The notes below the pieces were generated by a model. That model had not been told where the DNA came from and did no database searches. It saw only the letters and a list, made by a program, of their open reading frames with translations. This document shows, piece after piece, positions 36,761 through 48,525 of a stretch of DNA of 64,000 nt (position 1 is the stretch's first letter; each line of letters begins with the position of its first letter). Source of the DNA: Euglena gracilis (Eukaryota); the NCBI GenBank assembly GCA_039621445.1, contig CP154954.1, forward strand, positions 2,604,001 to 2,668,000, written 5' to 3'. Position numbers and translations under genes: made by a program.

Positions 36761-37026
36761 CCCGGCACATGCACACCAAACACTATACACTCCTCCCGCC
36801 ACCTTCACCTCCCTTTGCTTGGGCATTGCCCTTGGAGACAAGGCACAGGGGGGGGTCCGAGGGGGGGGTTGGAAGCTGTACAGGGGGGGGGAGGGGGGGT
36901 CCCCAGAAAATCACAACTGTACTGCCTACCCCCGAGACAGTTGCGACATTTTTCGTCCAATTGAGGTTGGCAATGATGGATTTTGCGAAATTCAGATGCA
37001 TTTTACAAAACATTTGTGTCTTGAAA

Positions 37027-38636
37027 CCGTGTTCAGTCCGCAATGTACACCGGCCGTCAAAACCGTGTTCAGTACACGTGCACAGCGTGGTGTGCACGTG
37101 GACGTCCACGTGTACACGTGGTGTACATGTGATCTAAACACGTGTACACCATGGTGTACACGTGGACTGATCACGTGTACACCAGGTGTACACGTGGACG
37201 TCCACATGTACACCACGGTGTACTGGGGTTTGTTTCTACAGGATTGCAACGGGAAATGTCACACCCCTGGTGAACATAAAGAAAGAACTCACTTGGCAAC
37301 AAATGTGCGGGTCGACGAAAGGGTGACGTGAAACATCAGCTGCAACGCACCCGAGTCTCCACTGTGCCTGGACGACTTGGAGCACACTCACAAACACCCC
37401 TGGCATATCAAGGGACGTTTGGGAGCACGACGTAGGTCAGCACACACAAAATGGTATGTGTCTGCACAAACAAGACACGCATCGGAGGAGGTTGGGAAAC
37501 CCACCTTAACGCCACAACGGGGACACAAGAGCTCCCCATTAACCCCAAGGAAAACGGACGGAACAGTGTCCAGCAACTGGTTTTGGGCAGCCCCCTCTTC
37601 CGAGGGCGGGGCTTCCCAGGTCAGCTGCAGAGTCCACTCGGCAACATTCCGTGCCACGCTGGAGCTGCTGCTGACCGGGGATAAAACAGGCATAGAACGC
37701 ACACGAAAATTGGCGCCAGCCTTTTCCGTTCGTGCTGCCACACAGACCTGTTGATGCTCCGGAGTTGAATACAACTCTGTCGCATCAATGCACCACCGAG
37801 CCCATCCCAAAAAGCAATCGTCCAGCGAGTCGTGCTGTGCCCCATGGGCTGCGCAAACCCCAATGTAATCTAAAAAACAATTAAGGGCAGCAAGTCGGGC
37901 CCGGCGGTAGTCCATAGGCGGGGCGACATCAGGGTTGGGTATTGGGCCGAGCAGGGTGTCCTTTTCCTCTGATGGAGATTTCACCTTGTGCAAGGCCTCC
38001 ACAAACTTCTCCACTGTGGGGGGCTGGGGCATCTGGCACTTAGCAAGGTTGCCCAGGCGCATCATGGCTGAGGAAGACGCGAAGGGTTTTCTTATGCCGA
38101 ACATAGAAACTACAAGGAGGAGAGCAGAAAATTTTTTTCAGAAATCAGAAAAACCATCATTGCGCTTGACCCGTTTTCACGTAGGTGAACATGTGGACGT
38201 CCACATGTACGCCTGGTGTACATTTGATCTAAACACGTGTAGGGGGTGGCGCGGGTCACGGGGGGGTCACGGGGGGGGGGTCACGGGGGGGGGACGGCGG
38301 GGGCAAATGGCAGTTTCGGGGACCTTGTGGGTGGACTCGGTGAGAACATGGAAGGCACAAATCGCTGCCCATCGATTGCAAACCTCCTTGCACAGTCAAA
38401 ATTTTCGCACCCCTCATTTGCGGGTCACGGGGGGGGTCACGGGGGGGGTCACGGGGGGGGGGTCACGGGGACCGCACCCCCGTACACCATGGTGTACACG
38501 TGGACTGATCACGTGTACACCAGGTGCACACGTGGACGCCAACATGTACACCACGGTGTACACAAGGTCCCCCAAAGTGCACACGTGATCACCAAAAACA
38601 CCATATTTCACGCGAATCACGTGGACTTGAACACGG
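37027..38636. mobile_element. Putative TIR element with subterminal arrays of CACGTG/GTGTACAC palindromes, carrying a PHD-finger ORF
   Basis: ccgtgttcagt... (37027, 37064) / ...acttgaacacgg (38636); tgaaa on both sides; ~80-bp palindrome block repeated at 37142-37222 and 38482-38562. Confidence 0.55.
37388..38104 (-). CDS. Protein (or terminal exon) with C-terminal PHD finger
   Basis: CPRC-x14-CLVC-x4-HFVC-x11-CQGC = C4HC3; preceded by pyrimidine tract + AG (ttttctgctctcctccttgtag). Confidence 0.6.
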   Translation of the reverse strand: MFGIRKPFASSSAMMRLGNLAKCQMPQPPTVEKFVEALHKVKSPSEEKDTLLGPIPNPDVAPPMDYRRARLAALNCFLDYIGVCAAHGAQHDSLDDCFLGWARWCIDATELYSTPEHQQVCVAARTEKAGANFRVRSMPVLSPVSSSSSVARNVAEWTLQLTWEAPPSEEGAAQNQLLDTVPSVFLGVNGELLCPRCGVKVGFPTSSDACLVCADTYHFVCADLRRAPKRPLICQGCL

Positions 38637-38993
38637 TGAAACAGGGGCGGCGCCGGGGTGGGGGCTCTCTTCGCAATCCACACCTTTTCTGCCGCCCGAC
38701 CCCGGGCCCCCTGTTTGGCTGGCTTCGGCTTTGCCTTGGGTTTTGCCTTTGCCTTGGGCTTCGCCTTCCTACCCATTGGCAGGCAAATTCCGCTTCAAAT
38801 TTCCAAACTTCAACCACAGCACAAAACTCAAATCTCTCAGTCTTCAATCAATCCCATGGTCCGCAGATATCCCAGAAGGCCACAACCCATGGGCCCAGCA
38901 ATCAACTCATGAGGTTTGACTGAACAGAAAAAACAGAAATTTTAATGTGCAGCGCGCGCGCTCAGTCCTAATTCAGGCTTCAGGCTGCGCACA
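38637..38993. repeat. 357-bp direct repeat, copy 1
   Basis: Apparently identical to 42016-42372. Confidence 0.95.
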
Positions 38994-39063
38994 CTCCCCT
39001 CACCACGAAAATTGCTGGGCAATTTATAAATGACTCCTTGTGCAGCCTGAACCCACCATCCCG

Positions 39064-39260
39064 AGGGGTCGAAACTCGCCCCGGGGGGGTCCCGTTCGTC
39101 CCCCCCGGGGGGTCGAAACTCGCCCGGGGGGGGGGCCCGGTCTTCCCCCTCGGGGAGTCGAAACTCGCTCCGGGGGGGGGGGGAGGTCCCGTTCGTCCCC
39201 CCCCGGGGGGTCGAAACTCGCCCCGGGGGGGTCCCGTTCGTCCCCCCCCGGGGGTCGAAG
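39064..39260. repeat. GC-rich minisatellite (~45-50 bp, ggggtcgaaactcgcccc...cccgttcgtccccc), ~4 copies
   Basis: Direct reading. Confidence 0.8.
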
Positions 39261-40574
39261 CGCCCGCCCGGGGGGAGGGGGGGGCGTCCCTGCCCCGCAC
39301 CCCCCCCCGCCGTCGCAACTCGGCGGCCGTGGGCCCAGGGTCTGCCACCACCAAGAAACAGCGAATATCTCTTCTCTCTCGGCTTTGGTGGGACAAAGGC
39401 GATAAGGCAACGATCGTGGTCCAATGTCAAAATATGGAAATGTCCAATGTCGAAACGTGAACAGTCAAAACAAACCCACCACTTCCAGGGCAGGCCTCCA
39501 ACATTCCCACCAGGGCATTACAGCCGAGGGGGAGGACTGGACACCCTCGACCATCAAACCAACAATGTCACCGAGCCAGGCATCCCCTGGGGTCGTAACT
39601 CACCAGCAGGGGTGCCACAAGGGGGGGTCGGGGGGGGGGCGGCCGCCCCCCCGAGATTTTGGGAAGAAAATTTTTTTTCACTTCACAAAAATGTGTTGTA
39701 GTTATGAACCAAAGTTTTGTCCAAATTTATAAGTGAAAAGGAAAATTATTGATTTTCACACCAGTTTTGCACAATCTCTGAAGGGAAAACCGCAACCGTC
39801 TGGCTGCCCTTCGGGCAGCACACCAGGTTTGGGAGGGGGTTTGGGAGGGGGCATGAAATTTTCAAGACTGTATTTTAACACTTTGTTGGAAGGAAAACCA
39901 TTACCGTCTAGCTGCCCTTCGGGCAGCACTGAAATTTACCATTTTAGCTCCCTTGTCCCCAGCCCGCATTGGTCTTTGGGTTTGGGATAACTTTTTTAAA
40001 AAAGTGGAGGAAAACCCTGCATGCACGACCCATCCCCAAGTCCGGCGCACCCACGCTCCCCAGGGGTCCAATCTTAAAAAGAATTTCATGTGACCATTTC
40101 ACCTTTCTATACAGAAAAAATGGCCACCGTTTCGCTGCTCTGCGGGTGGCACGGGGTAAAAACCTTTGCTTTTCTTCGATAAAAATTGAGGTGATTGTGA
40201 ACGTTTTGTGGTTCTGCAAATTTTCTTGTGGATAACAAACACGTTACCACTCCCCCCCCCTTATTTGACCCCCCCTTAATTGAGCATTTGGGTCCGGGGA
40301 GGAAATTTGTTTAGGCACCGAAGGCGCCGAAATTTTTTTTTGCCCTCTCGCAAAGCCAAATTTTCGACCCCCTTATTTGACCCCCCCCTTATTTGAGCAT
40401 CTGGGGGTCCCTTAGCCCGTGGGTGTGCTCAAATAAGGGGGGGGGTACCGTCTTGCCGCCCTTCGGGTAACAGCTTGCGGTTCCATATGTCGGTCTTCGG
40501 CGTTCGGCGGAATGTTCGCCCCCCGAGAAAAAATTGATCCGGCACCTATGCTCACCAGGGGTCAAAAACCGTAA

Positions 40575-40812
40575 TGTACCCCCCCACCTGGGGTCGAAAC
40601 ACACCAGATGGGTCATCTCCTCTCATTCTGAAAACGGTAACGTATCCCCCCACCTGGGTCGAAACACACCAGATGGGTCATTTGTCACATTCAACATACG
40701 AAACATGTACCCCCCACCTGGGGTCGAAACACACCAGATGGGTCATTTGTCACTCAAAAATCCCAAAAACCCGCGTCACCCCCAACCTGGGGTCGTAACC
40801 CACCAGGAGGGG
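40575..40812. repeat. ~65-70-bp tandem repeat (cccccacctggggtcgaaacacaccagatgggtcat), 3 copies + 1 degenerate
   Basis: Direct reading. Confidence 0.8.
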
Positions 40813-40910
40813 AACCCCAAAATGCAGGCCAACTCTAAACAGGAGGGCTGGCGGGGCGGACTCTTCGCCCGTTACCCGGGCCGCCTCTTCGGTTCGGCCA
40901 CTCCCCCCTC

Positions 40911-42155
40911 TCACTCCCACCATCCCTGGTGGTGGAGCAGGCGGTCCTTCCGCCTCTTTCGCTTCTCCGTCTCCGTCAGCGGCCTCATCTCCGACAGCGC
41001 ATCCCAGTGTCGAACTCGGGCTTCTCGCTCGTACCGCACGGCCAGTCGTCGAGACTCCGCTATGGACTCGTCCACTGCTGCCGGCGGAGCCTCCGCCCTC
41101 GGCGACGATGCACTGCTTCCAGCTGGTCCTTCGGAGATGTCCTGGCCACCCCGATTGGGCTGGCTGCCACTTATCCCACAGTGGCATCCCAGATCAGCCC
41201 AGCAAAACCCATCACACTTCCGTCCTTCCCCAGGCGGGATTCCAATCACCGCCAGGACAGAGAACTCAGGGACCCCCGCGGCCGAAGCACAGCTGGGGGT
41301 TTGGATCTCCATCGGTACATCACCCAAATTGGAGAACTCAGGGACCCCAGCGGCCGCAGCACGGCTGGCGGTTTGGATCTCCATTGCCCCAACGGCCGGA
41401 GCACTGTTGGGGTCTGCAGCCGCATGCCCAATGCCGTCATCCTCGATGTCAGCATTCCCAATGCCGTCATCCACGATGTCGGCATGCCCCATGTCGTCAT
41501 CCCCAATGTCGTCATGCGAAATGCTGCGCGTCCCCACAGCGGCCGAAGCTCTGCTGGGGGACCCTCTCTCGGCGGCTGAAGCACAGCCGGCTTTCTGAGT
41601 GGCCAAACCCTGAGTGGTTGTACAGGACCGGGTTGTGCCTCCATCATGTCCAACTTCAGCATGCATGGCCAGGGCATCATCCACCACCCGCCCTGACCTG
41701 GCCGTCGCTGCATGCACATCTCCGTCATCTGCATCTCCAGTCAGGCCAGCCCCACGATGCACTCCATGTCCATGTGGGCCATCTGCAGCCTGCACCCCAT
41801 GTGCACCTGAGGCACATGCAGCAGCATGCACCCCATGTGCATCTGCGGCATCTGAAGCATGCACCCCATGTGCATCTGTGGCATGGCCCAAATGACTGGA
41901 ATGTACATCTTGAACATGTTGACCATGTCCAGCTCCAGGATGTACCACTGGTGCATGCACCAATCCAGCATGCTCCACTGTGTCATCCGTCGGGTCGTCA
42001 CAGGTGAGTTGATTGTGAAACAGGGGCGGCGCCGGGGTGGGGGCTCTCTTCGCAATCCACACCTTTTCTGCCGCCCGACCCCGGGCCCCCTGTTTGGCTG
42101 GCTTCGGCTTTGCCTTGGGTTTTGCCTTTGCCTTGGGCTTCGCCTTCCTACCCAT
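40911..42155 (-). CDS. Hypothetical low-complexity protein: Lys/Ala/Pro N-terminus, His-rich and Asp-rich repeats, basic C-terminus
   Basis: 414-aa ATG-started ORF; internal repeats (DAHGVHA x3; DDGIG x2; MEIQT...GVPEFS x2) keep frame; upstream pyrimidine tract + AG at ~42299-42320. Confidence 0.5.
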   Translation of the reverse strand: MGRKAKPKAKAKPKAKPKPAKQGARGRAAEKVWIAKRAPTPAPPLFHNQLTCDDPTDDTVEHAGLVHAPVVHPGAGHGQHVQDVHSSHLGHATDAHGVHASDAADAHGVHAAACASGAHGVQAADGPHGHGVHRGAGLTGDADDGDVHAATARSGRVVDDALAMHAEVGHDGGTTRSCTTTQGLATQKAGCASAAERGSPSRASAAVGTRSISHDDIGDDDMGHADIVDDGIGNADIEDDGIGHAAADPNSAPAVGAMEIQTASRAAAAGVPEFSNLGDVPMEIQTPSCASAAGVPEFSVLAVIGIPPGEGRKCDGFCWADLGCHCGISGSQPNRGGQDISEGPAGSSASSPRAEAPPAAVDESIAESRRLAVRYEREARVRHWDALSEMRPLTETEKRKRRKDRLLHHQGWWE

Positions 42156-42372
42156 TGGCAGGCAAATTCCGCTTCAAATTTCCAAACTTCAACCACAGCA
42201 CAAAACTCAAATCTCTCAGTCTTCAATCAATCCCATGGTCCGCAGATATCCCAGAAGGCCACAACCCATGGGCCCAGCAATCAACTCATGAGGTTTGACT
42301 GAACAGAAAAAACAGAAATTTTAATGTGCAGCGCGCGCGCTCAGTCCTAATTCAGGCTTCAGGCTGCGCACA
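42016..42372. repeat. 357-bp direct repeat, copy 2 (contains the ORF start)
   Basis: Apparently identical to 38637-38993. Confidence 0.95.
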
Positions 42373-43865
42373 AAGTGAGGTGAGGAACCGACAGTCTGAT
42401 CCGTAGCCGCCGGGTGTGTACGAACTTTGACCGTTTTCACCCGCCTTGCCTTTTCACCTTGGGTGCAGCCCCAGTAATCTGGTGCCCAAGGCTGGGTGAG
42501 GGCCGTCGCCCCCCTACCACCACCAGGCCATGTACCCCCATGGTATAGCGAACGCCACTGCAAGTGGCTGGCCTAGCGGGGGCTCTGGCCCCTTTTGGTT
42601 GGCACCAGAGTGTGGCGCACCGGTTTCAGGGATCACTGTCGACTGGGTCACTGGCTGGTCACCTAAACACAGGGAGGTCGCCGCGAAGGCACCTACGCAT
42701 GGTGGCTCGATGTACAGTCAGGCCCATGTGAGCCCCTGCAGAAACAGTTGAAGCGCCTGGGGGCGAGCACAGCCTCGGGACAAAGACGATCCATGAAAAG
42801 TGGTGAGCCCGTGGCCCGAGGGTGACGCGGCAGGAGGAGGATGGGTGCCAGCACCCCACAAGCGTAAACCTTGGCCATGGACGAGCCCATCTCCACACCG
42901 CCACGGCATTGGTGTAGAAACTGGGGAGGCAAGGGGTGGCGGCCCCCCCAAGATTTTTTTTGCCCCCCAAAAATTTTTGACTCAAAATTTTTCGGCCTCC
43001 CCCAAAAAAGTTACCCTCCAAAAAAAAATTTGCGGTTTGTGAAAAAATTCTTTAAGAACCTGTCATTGAACTTTTAGGTGTTTTTGCTGTTGGAAATCGC
43101 TACCGTCTCGTCGCCCTTTGGGCGGCCAAACAAGACCAAAACTCATGGGTTGGAGGGGAAATAAGTCTTCGATTGTTCAATTTGGGGTTGTTCTTTGCAA
43201 GGTTGACGGCTTTTTCTTTGAAACAGAAAAAACATGTTTTTTTTTTAGGGGGAGCACGCCGTCGGCCAGCCGTCGGCCAGCCGTCGGCCAGCCGTGTGAC
43301 TCACAGGAAAATGACCCGAGCCACAGCCTTGCAATGCAGAAGCAATTTCGCCGTCAATCTCCCCTCATGTTCATCGTTGGTGGAGGCTGCATTTTTGCCC
43401 ATTTGTGTCAATATTTAGCCAATTTTTTGTCAATTTTGCCAACTTTAGACTTTTTTTTTACCAATTCTGGTCATTTCGGCCTATTTTTGGTCATTCTCTA
43501 GTCATTGTGAGGATTTTTGTCAACAAATTATTCGAATGACTAAAAGTTGCTCAATGGGTGTCCCATTTTCAACGAACGGGCAAAAATTCACCTACCCCCT
43601 ATTTGGCTAATGGCCGGGCTCCTTCAGACCCCCAATTAGCCAATTAGGGGGGGGGGACAATTAGGGGGGGGGGGCTCGAGGACCCCGACCCCATAATTTT
43701 TGACATGTGCAAAATTGGTCGATTTTTTGTGCATTTTTGGATTGGTCATGACTTTTTCTTATCCGGCAATTTTTAACATTTTCGAAACGGACGTTTTTGG
43801 AGGTTTTCTGAGCCCTTGCCGAAATTGGCCAAAGTTGGCCAAGGGAACGTCCATTGGCCTATTGG

Positions 43866-44315
43866 CAAGGCTGCATAGAGGTAGAGGGATAGAGGTAGAG
43901 GTAGAGGTAGAGGTAGAGGTAGAGGTAGAGGTAGAGGTTTTCCAACCTCCTCTATCCCTCTATGTCACCTCTATGTCAAAAACCAAAGGAAAATGGCCTT
44001 GATAAAGGAATTTTTTTGCAAGCAAAGGGGAAATGCATGAAAAGCTTCAGAATTGTTCAATGTGGTCACATAACTGCACCAATAAATTTCAAAACCACCA
44101 ACCCACATATTGTTTCTCATCCCCTCGCCGTTTTGTATGTGTTTTCATGCATAATTGCCATTTTCCGAGCATATGGGGTGTTTTATGACCCCATTTGAGG
44201 CCATTTTGGTCCATTTTAAGGACATAGAGGTGACATAGAGGTAGAGGTAGAGGTAGAGGTGGTTGACATAGAGGTAGAGGCCTTTGACCTCTACCTCTAC
44301 CTCTATGCAGCCCTG
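43866..44315. mobile_element. hAT-type MITE with (AGAGGT)n subterminal repeats, nested in an older CCAATTAG-motif element (~43592-44420)
   Basis: TIR caaggctgcatagaggtagagg / cctctacctctatgcagccctg; exact 8-bp TSD cctattgg (43858-43865, 44316-44323). Confidence 0.88.
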
Positions 44316-45193
44316 CCTATTGGGCTAACCCCCCCCCCCCAATTGGCTGATGGACCTCCCTTAAGGACCCCCCAATTAGCCAATTAGGGGGGGGGCCAAT
44401 TAGGGGGGGGGTGAGGGTAACAATGGACAAAAAAGGGCTCAAATTTTGTGTGAAATGGTTTCAAGCGACTAAAAATTGCTCAAAGTAACTCCTCTTGTAG
44501 AATTCAAAAGATAATTCAAAATGCCGATGTACTTGAGCAAATTTCTTCCGAAACATACATTTGCCACTCATGCCACCCAAAATTGTGTATTGTCCACCCG
44601 AAAATAGGAGTTTTCACCAAATTTACCCAGAATTAGGCATTTCCCAACCCAAATTTGGACACCCCCCCCCAAATTTTGGCATTTCCCGTTAAAAATTAAG
44701 AACCTTTTTGTCAATTAGGAATTTGCCACCCAAAATTGGGCACTGGCACACCAAATTTCAGTACTTTTACACCCGAAATTGGGCAATTGCCACACAAACA
44801 CGGTGGTGGGGCGAACCGAATCCACCGACCAGTGGCACAGCCTACTGGGTTTGTATGTTCGAGGGGCGGGGGCTATGTACAGATGGGCCGGGCCCATGGC
44901 GGTGAGTGCAAACCCTCGCGCGGGTGGGTGGGAAGGCAGGAAAGGGAGGCGGCGGGCTGTGTGTGAGGGAGGGGCTATGTACAAATGGCCCGGGCTGGCC
45001 AGCAGTCAAAACGGAATAACCAGGTGGCAGGTGCGATGAGGGCGAGGTACTTCATTCAGCTTGTGCCGGTGTCAGTGCCGGGGACATGCAGCGCGACTAT
45101 GGGCTTGGCTTCGTGGTGGCCGGTGCCCTTGTCCGCCGGAGATGCGGCGAGAGGCGTGCTCCGTTTGGTGAGGTGTGAGGCGGCTTGGCGTTG

Positions 45194-48100
45194 TTAGCAC
45201 AAGATATGTTTCGGGCGCAGCATCTGCACAATTTGTCGGAAGAGAGCCAGCGCCAGCAGTTGGTAGCTCTCAGCTTGACGGGAGGAGCGGATGTCGCCTT
45301 GGTCCCAAGAGGTTGTGCGCTTGACCATTCTGGTCAGTAGGGTTGCACTTTCTGGCCCCAAGCCGCCCCAAGTGCCCATCGCCAGTGTTGCGAAGGACCA
45401 TCCTCCGTTTCTACAGGGGATGTCATACTTGGCATGTTTGGCAGTCTCCTTCCTTTTGAGGAACGTCCTCCAACGTTCCCGAGTCGCAAGTCTTTCGGCG
45501 GTTTGCCATCCGTGGGCGATGGTGATGTCAACCGCAGTAGGCTTTCCATCTTGCCAGGTGGCTAGCAGCAAATCTGCCGGCCGCAGAGAGCTGTCCAGTT
45601 GATTCGGGACCGGGACCTCGCGCTGCACACTTTGACCGTTCGTTGACAGGAGATTGAACAGAGCGTCCTGAACGGCGTTGTGTCGATTCGCAAAGTTGTT
45701 GCGAATGCATCAGAGATCGTGGTCCCCGTGTTCGTCGGCAGTGGCCTGGCACCCGGCACAGGTGGAGGGAGTGTCCGCCAGTGGAAGTCCCAGCCACCAT
45801 TTCAGTCCCAGTCGGTAATCCGCCGGGTCGATGACGGTGTGCAGTGCTTCGAGCGGAGGTACCGCCATCCAGCCATGGCCCACGCCATTGACCTGTTCCA
45901 TCAACCGTGCCTGATCCCGTGGGGCTGACTTCTCAACCAGGGCATCCACAATGGCTTTCGATGATTCTTTTTGCCACCACCGTTGGGAAGTGTCGCTGCC
46001 GGATGCGCTCGCGAAGGCAGCAGGGTTTGTCAGGCGGCTGCTTTCCGGGTGACGGGCCCCAAGCGTTGAGCACAGATCGTGGGCGGCTTGTTGGCACATG
46101 CGATCGTCCCGTGCCGCGGCGTAGTCGGGGCACGCAACTTTCTTATGACCGTGCGTATGAAATTGGCACAGCGCTGCGGCACGCGCTGCTCCTTGATGGA
46201 ATGCTGGGATGCGGAGGCCACAGCCACCCAGGGAGAGCGGTATAGCGCCGCTTGGAGCCGCTGGTCCGAGCCCAGGGCCTGCCCCAAGATGTCCTCGAAG
46301 GCACCGAAGATGATTTCGCCGCAGCGAGTGACTTCACGCTGCGCTTGGTAGGAGTCCGAGGCGCGCAGGAGGTGGTTCACACGGCAGCCGTCCAGGCAGT
46401 TCCGCAAGAGGTGGTGTGCCAGCTGAGGATCGGCGACAGAGGTAACGAGGTCCGCAGCTTGCTCAATCCTCTCCATCGCTTCAGCCCAGGTGGCGCTGGT
46501 GTGGTCCGTGGAGGCGGGGAAGTCGACTGGGCTGCCTAGGACCGTGATTCCTGACCCCTCACACCAGGGTACTGTTCGCAACTGCTCCCGGTCGGGGAGG
46601 CCGCCCGAGGCCGGCCCCCAGAGGACGCACTTTGCCAGGTTCAGCTGCACCCCTGTGCGTGTACTCTCGCTGCGTAGGAAGTCGAGGCACTTCTGAAGGA
46701 CCGCTGGCTCCCCAACAAGGATGCCGTCGTCCAGGTACCAGCAAGACCACAACAGTTCCGCTTGGGTGCTGATAGCTTCCGCAATGGATTGGAGACCCAC
46801 CGCGAAGCCAATCGGTCCAAGGGGGCAGCCTTGGTGCGTGCCTCTGGTGGACGGCAAAATGCGGCCGTCGCTGAAGAGGGGAGCCGGTTGACCGTACGCA
46901 AACCGCAAGTAATTGAAGAGCGCGGGTGTGCGTGCTTCGGCCTCCCGCAGCAGGACCCCCCTGTCTAGGGAGTTGAAGGCGTTAGCCAGGTCCACTTGAA
47001 GGACCGCCCAATTCCCTTGGGGGCTCAGCTTCCTGATCAGGTTCTGGGTTGCCAGGGCGACGGCCTCAGCTGCATTGGAGACCCCCACACCTACCTGCAG
47101 CGGGCTCAGCTTGCCAACCTGATCTTTGGCGGCCCCAGTGTGCAGTAGCGCCTTGCCCACGAGGCGGCGAATGGTGTCACCCACAGCGATCGGACGTACG
47201 TCGTCATCCTTCTTCCGCAAGGGCGTAAGGTTGGCGGCGCACCACCAGGGCGCATGCTCCGTGGGGAGTAAGCCGTCCACCCAGGAGGTGGTGAGTTTTC
47301 CCAGTGCCGTGAGCAATCTGGCTCCATGGCCTGGTCTGCGGACCGCGTCTTGGAGGTGGCATGGACGTAACCCCGATGGGCCAGGCGATGAGGTCCGAGG
47401 GAACCTCAGGATGGCTTCCCGCAGGAGCTCTTCCCACCGAACTTGCTGGCCGTCAGGAAAAGGGGGTAGTCTTCGTGAGATGGTGTCCAGATTCACGGTT
47501 TGCCTTCAGGGTGCAGCGCCTGCAGTTTGGCCCAGACAGCCGGGTCGCTGGAGCGGTGTGTCCCTTCGGTCAGGAGGACTTGAAGGGCCTTCGCTGGGGC
47601 CCCTTCGCCAACCAGTGTCCGTGCCTGCCGAAGCGTAGCGTCTGGGATGGCAGCTGGCTCGGTGCGAGCCTTTTTCGCCGCGCGGGTCTCTACGGCTACC
47701 GGTGGCAGTTTGGTGGAGTTCTGCAGTTCACTCCAAAGGGTGGTGTAATCCCCTTGCCTGAACAGCGTGACCTGCCGCCTGATCGCAGAGGAAATGTCTT
47801 CCGGCGCTTCTCTCCCCCCGCTGGGGACGGTTCGTAGGACCAATTTGGGGAAAGCCAACACTGCGAACAGGGTGTCCGCCGTTGGCCTTCCGACATATTC
47901 CAGCAAGACGTCGGACAGGGTCTCAGATACATCCCGTTGATTCGCAGCCGGCACGTGGAGCACTGTTTTTGCACGGCTTAACAGGATGTCCTGTATAGCG
48001 ACCGGCGCTGGGGGCACAATGATGCGCGGCAGAACGACGGGCCGCTGGTTATTGTTATTGCCGCCGGGGTCGATGATCATGGTGCCCGGGGTGTCGTCCG

Positions 48101-48473
48101 CAGGGTGAGCGAGGTCAGTGGTTTTTTCTGGTGCCGAGTTAGCCCTCGGGCTGGGCGGTGCTGCTGAACGCTTCCGACCGCCGGCCGGGGCTTGTTTCCC
48201 CTGGGGGGGACCGGGGTTGCTCTCAACGTCGCCACATGACAGGAGACTGCCGCGCCCGGTCAAGCCGAAGCCCCGTGTGTGTTCCGAGGCGCCCGGTCTG
48301 GTTGGCATCCACGTCGCGCATGGGGCGGGTGGACAGTGGGCTGGCCGCTTTGGGTGGATTGGAGAATCCACCAATGCCCATTTACCGCAGCCACCAGGAC
48401 GGTCTTGACGAATGCCGGCCCTGGCGGCTCCACCATGTCGGTGTGAGCTGATATTCGGACTCGGCGACCTCAA
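45194..48473 (-). pseudogene. CRE-3 polyprotein: 2A motif, N-terminal region, RT, CCHC knuckle, RLE (several frameshifts, one in-frame stop)
   Basis: SSPGPSGLRPCHL, VRPIAVGDTIRRL, LQVDLANAFN, GTHQGCPLGP, WYLDDG, LNLAKC, GITVLGSP; CAGC...GDHDL*C, RHNAVQD, LRPADLL...VDITI, ETAKHAKY. Confidence 0.92.
48207..48260 (-). other. 2A-like ribosomal stop-go peptide (TGRGSLLSCGDVESNPG|P)
   Basis: Full DxExNPGP consensus; 15/18 identical to Thosea asigna virus T2A (EGRGSLLTCGDVEENPGP); in frame with the downstream CRE-3 ORF. Confidence 0.9.
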
Positions 48474-48525
48474 AAACCCCCCTGGGGGGCCTCGGCTCGG
48501 GGGCCATATCAGTGGGCTGTTGACG

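Noticed and set aside
48207-48260. Vector T2A contamination
   Set aside because: Three amino-acid differences from T2A, seamless embedding in the retroelement frame and no vector sequence nearby.
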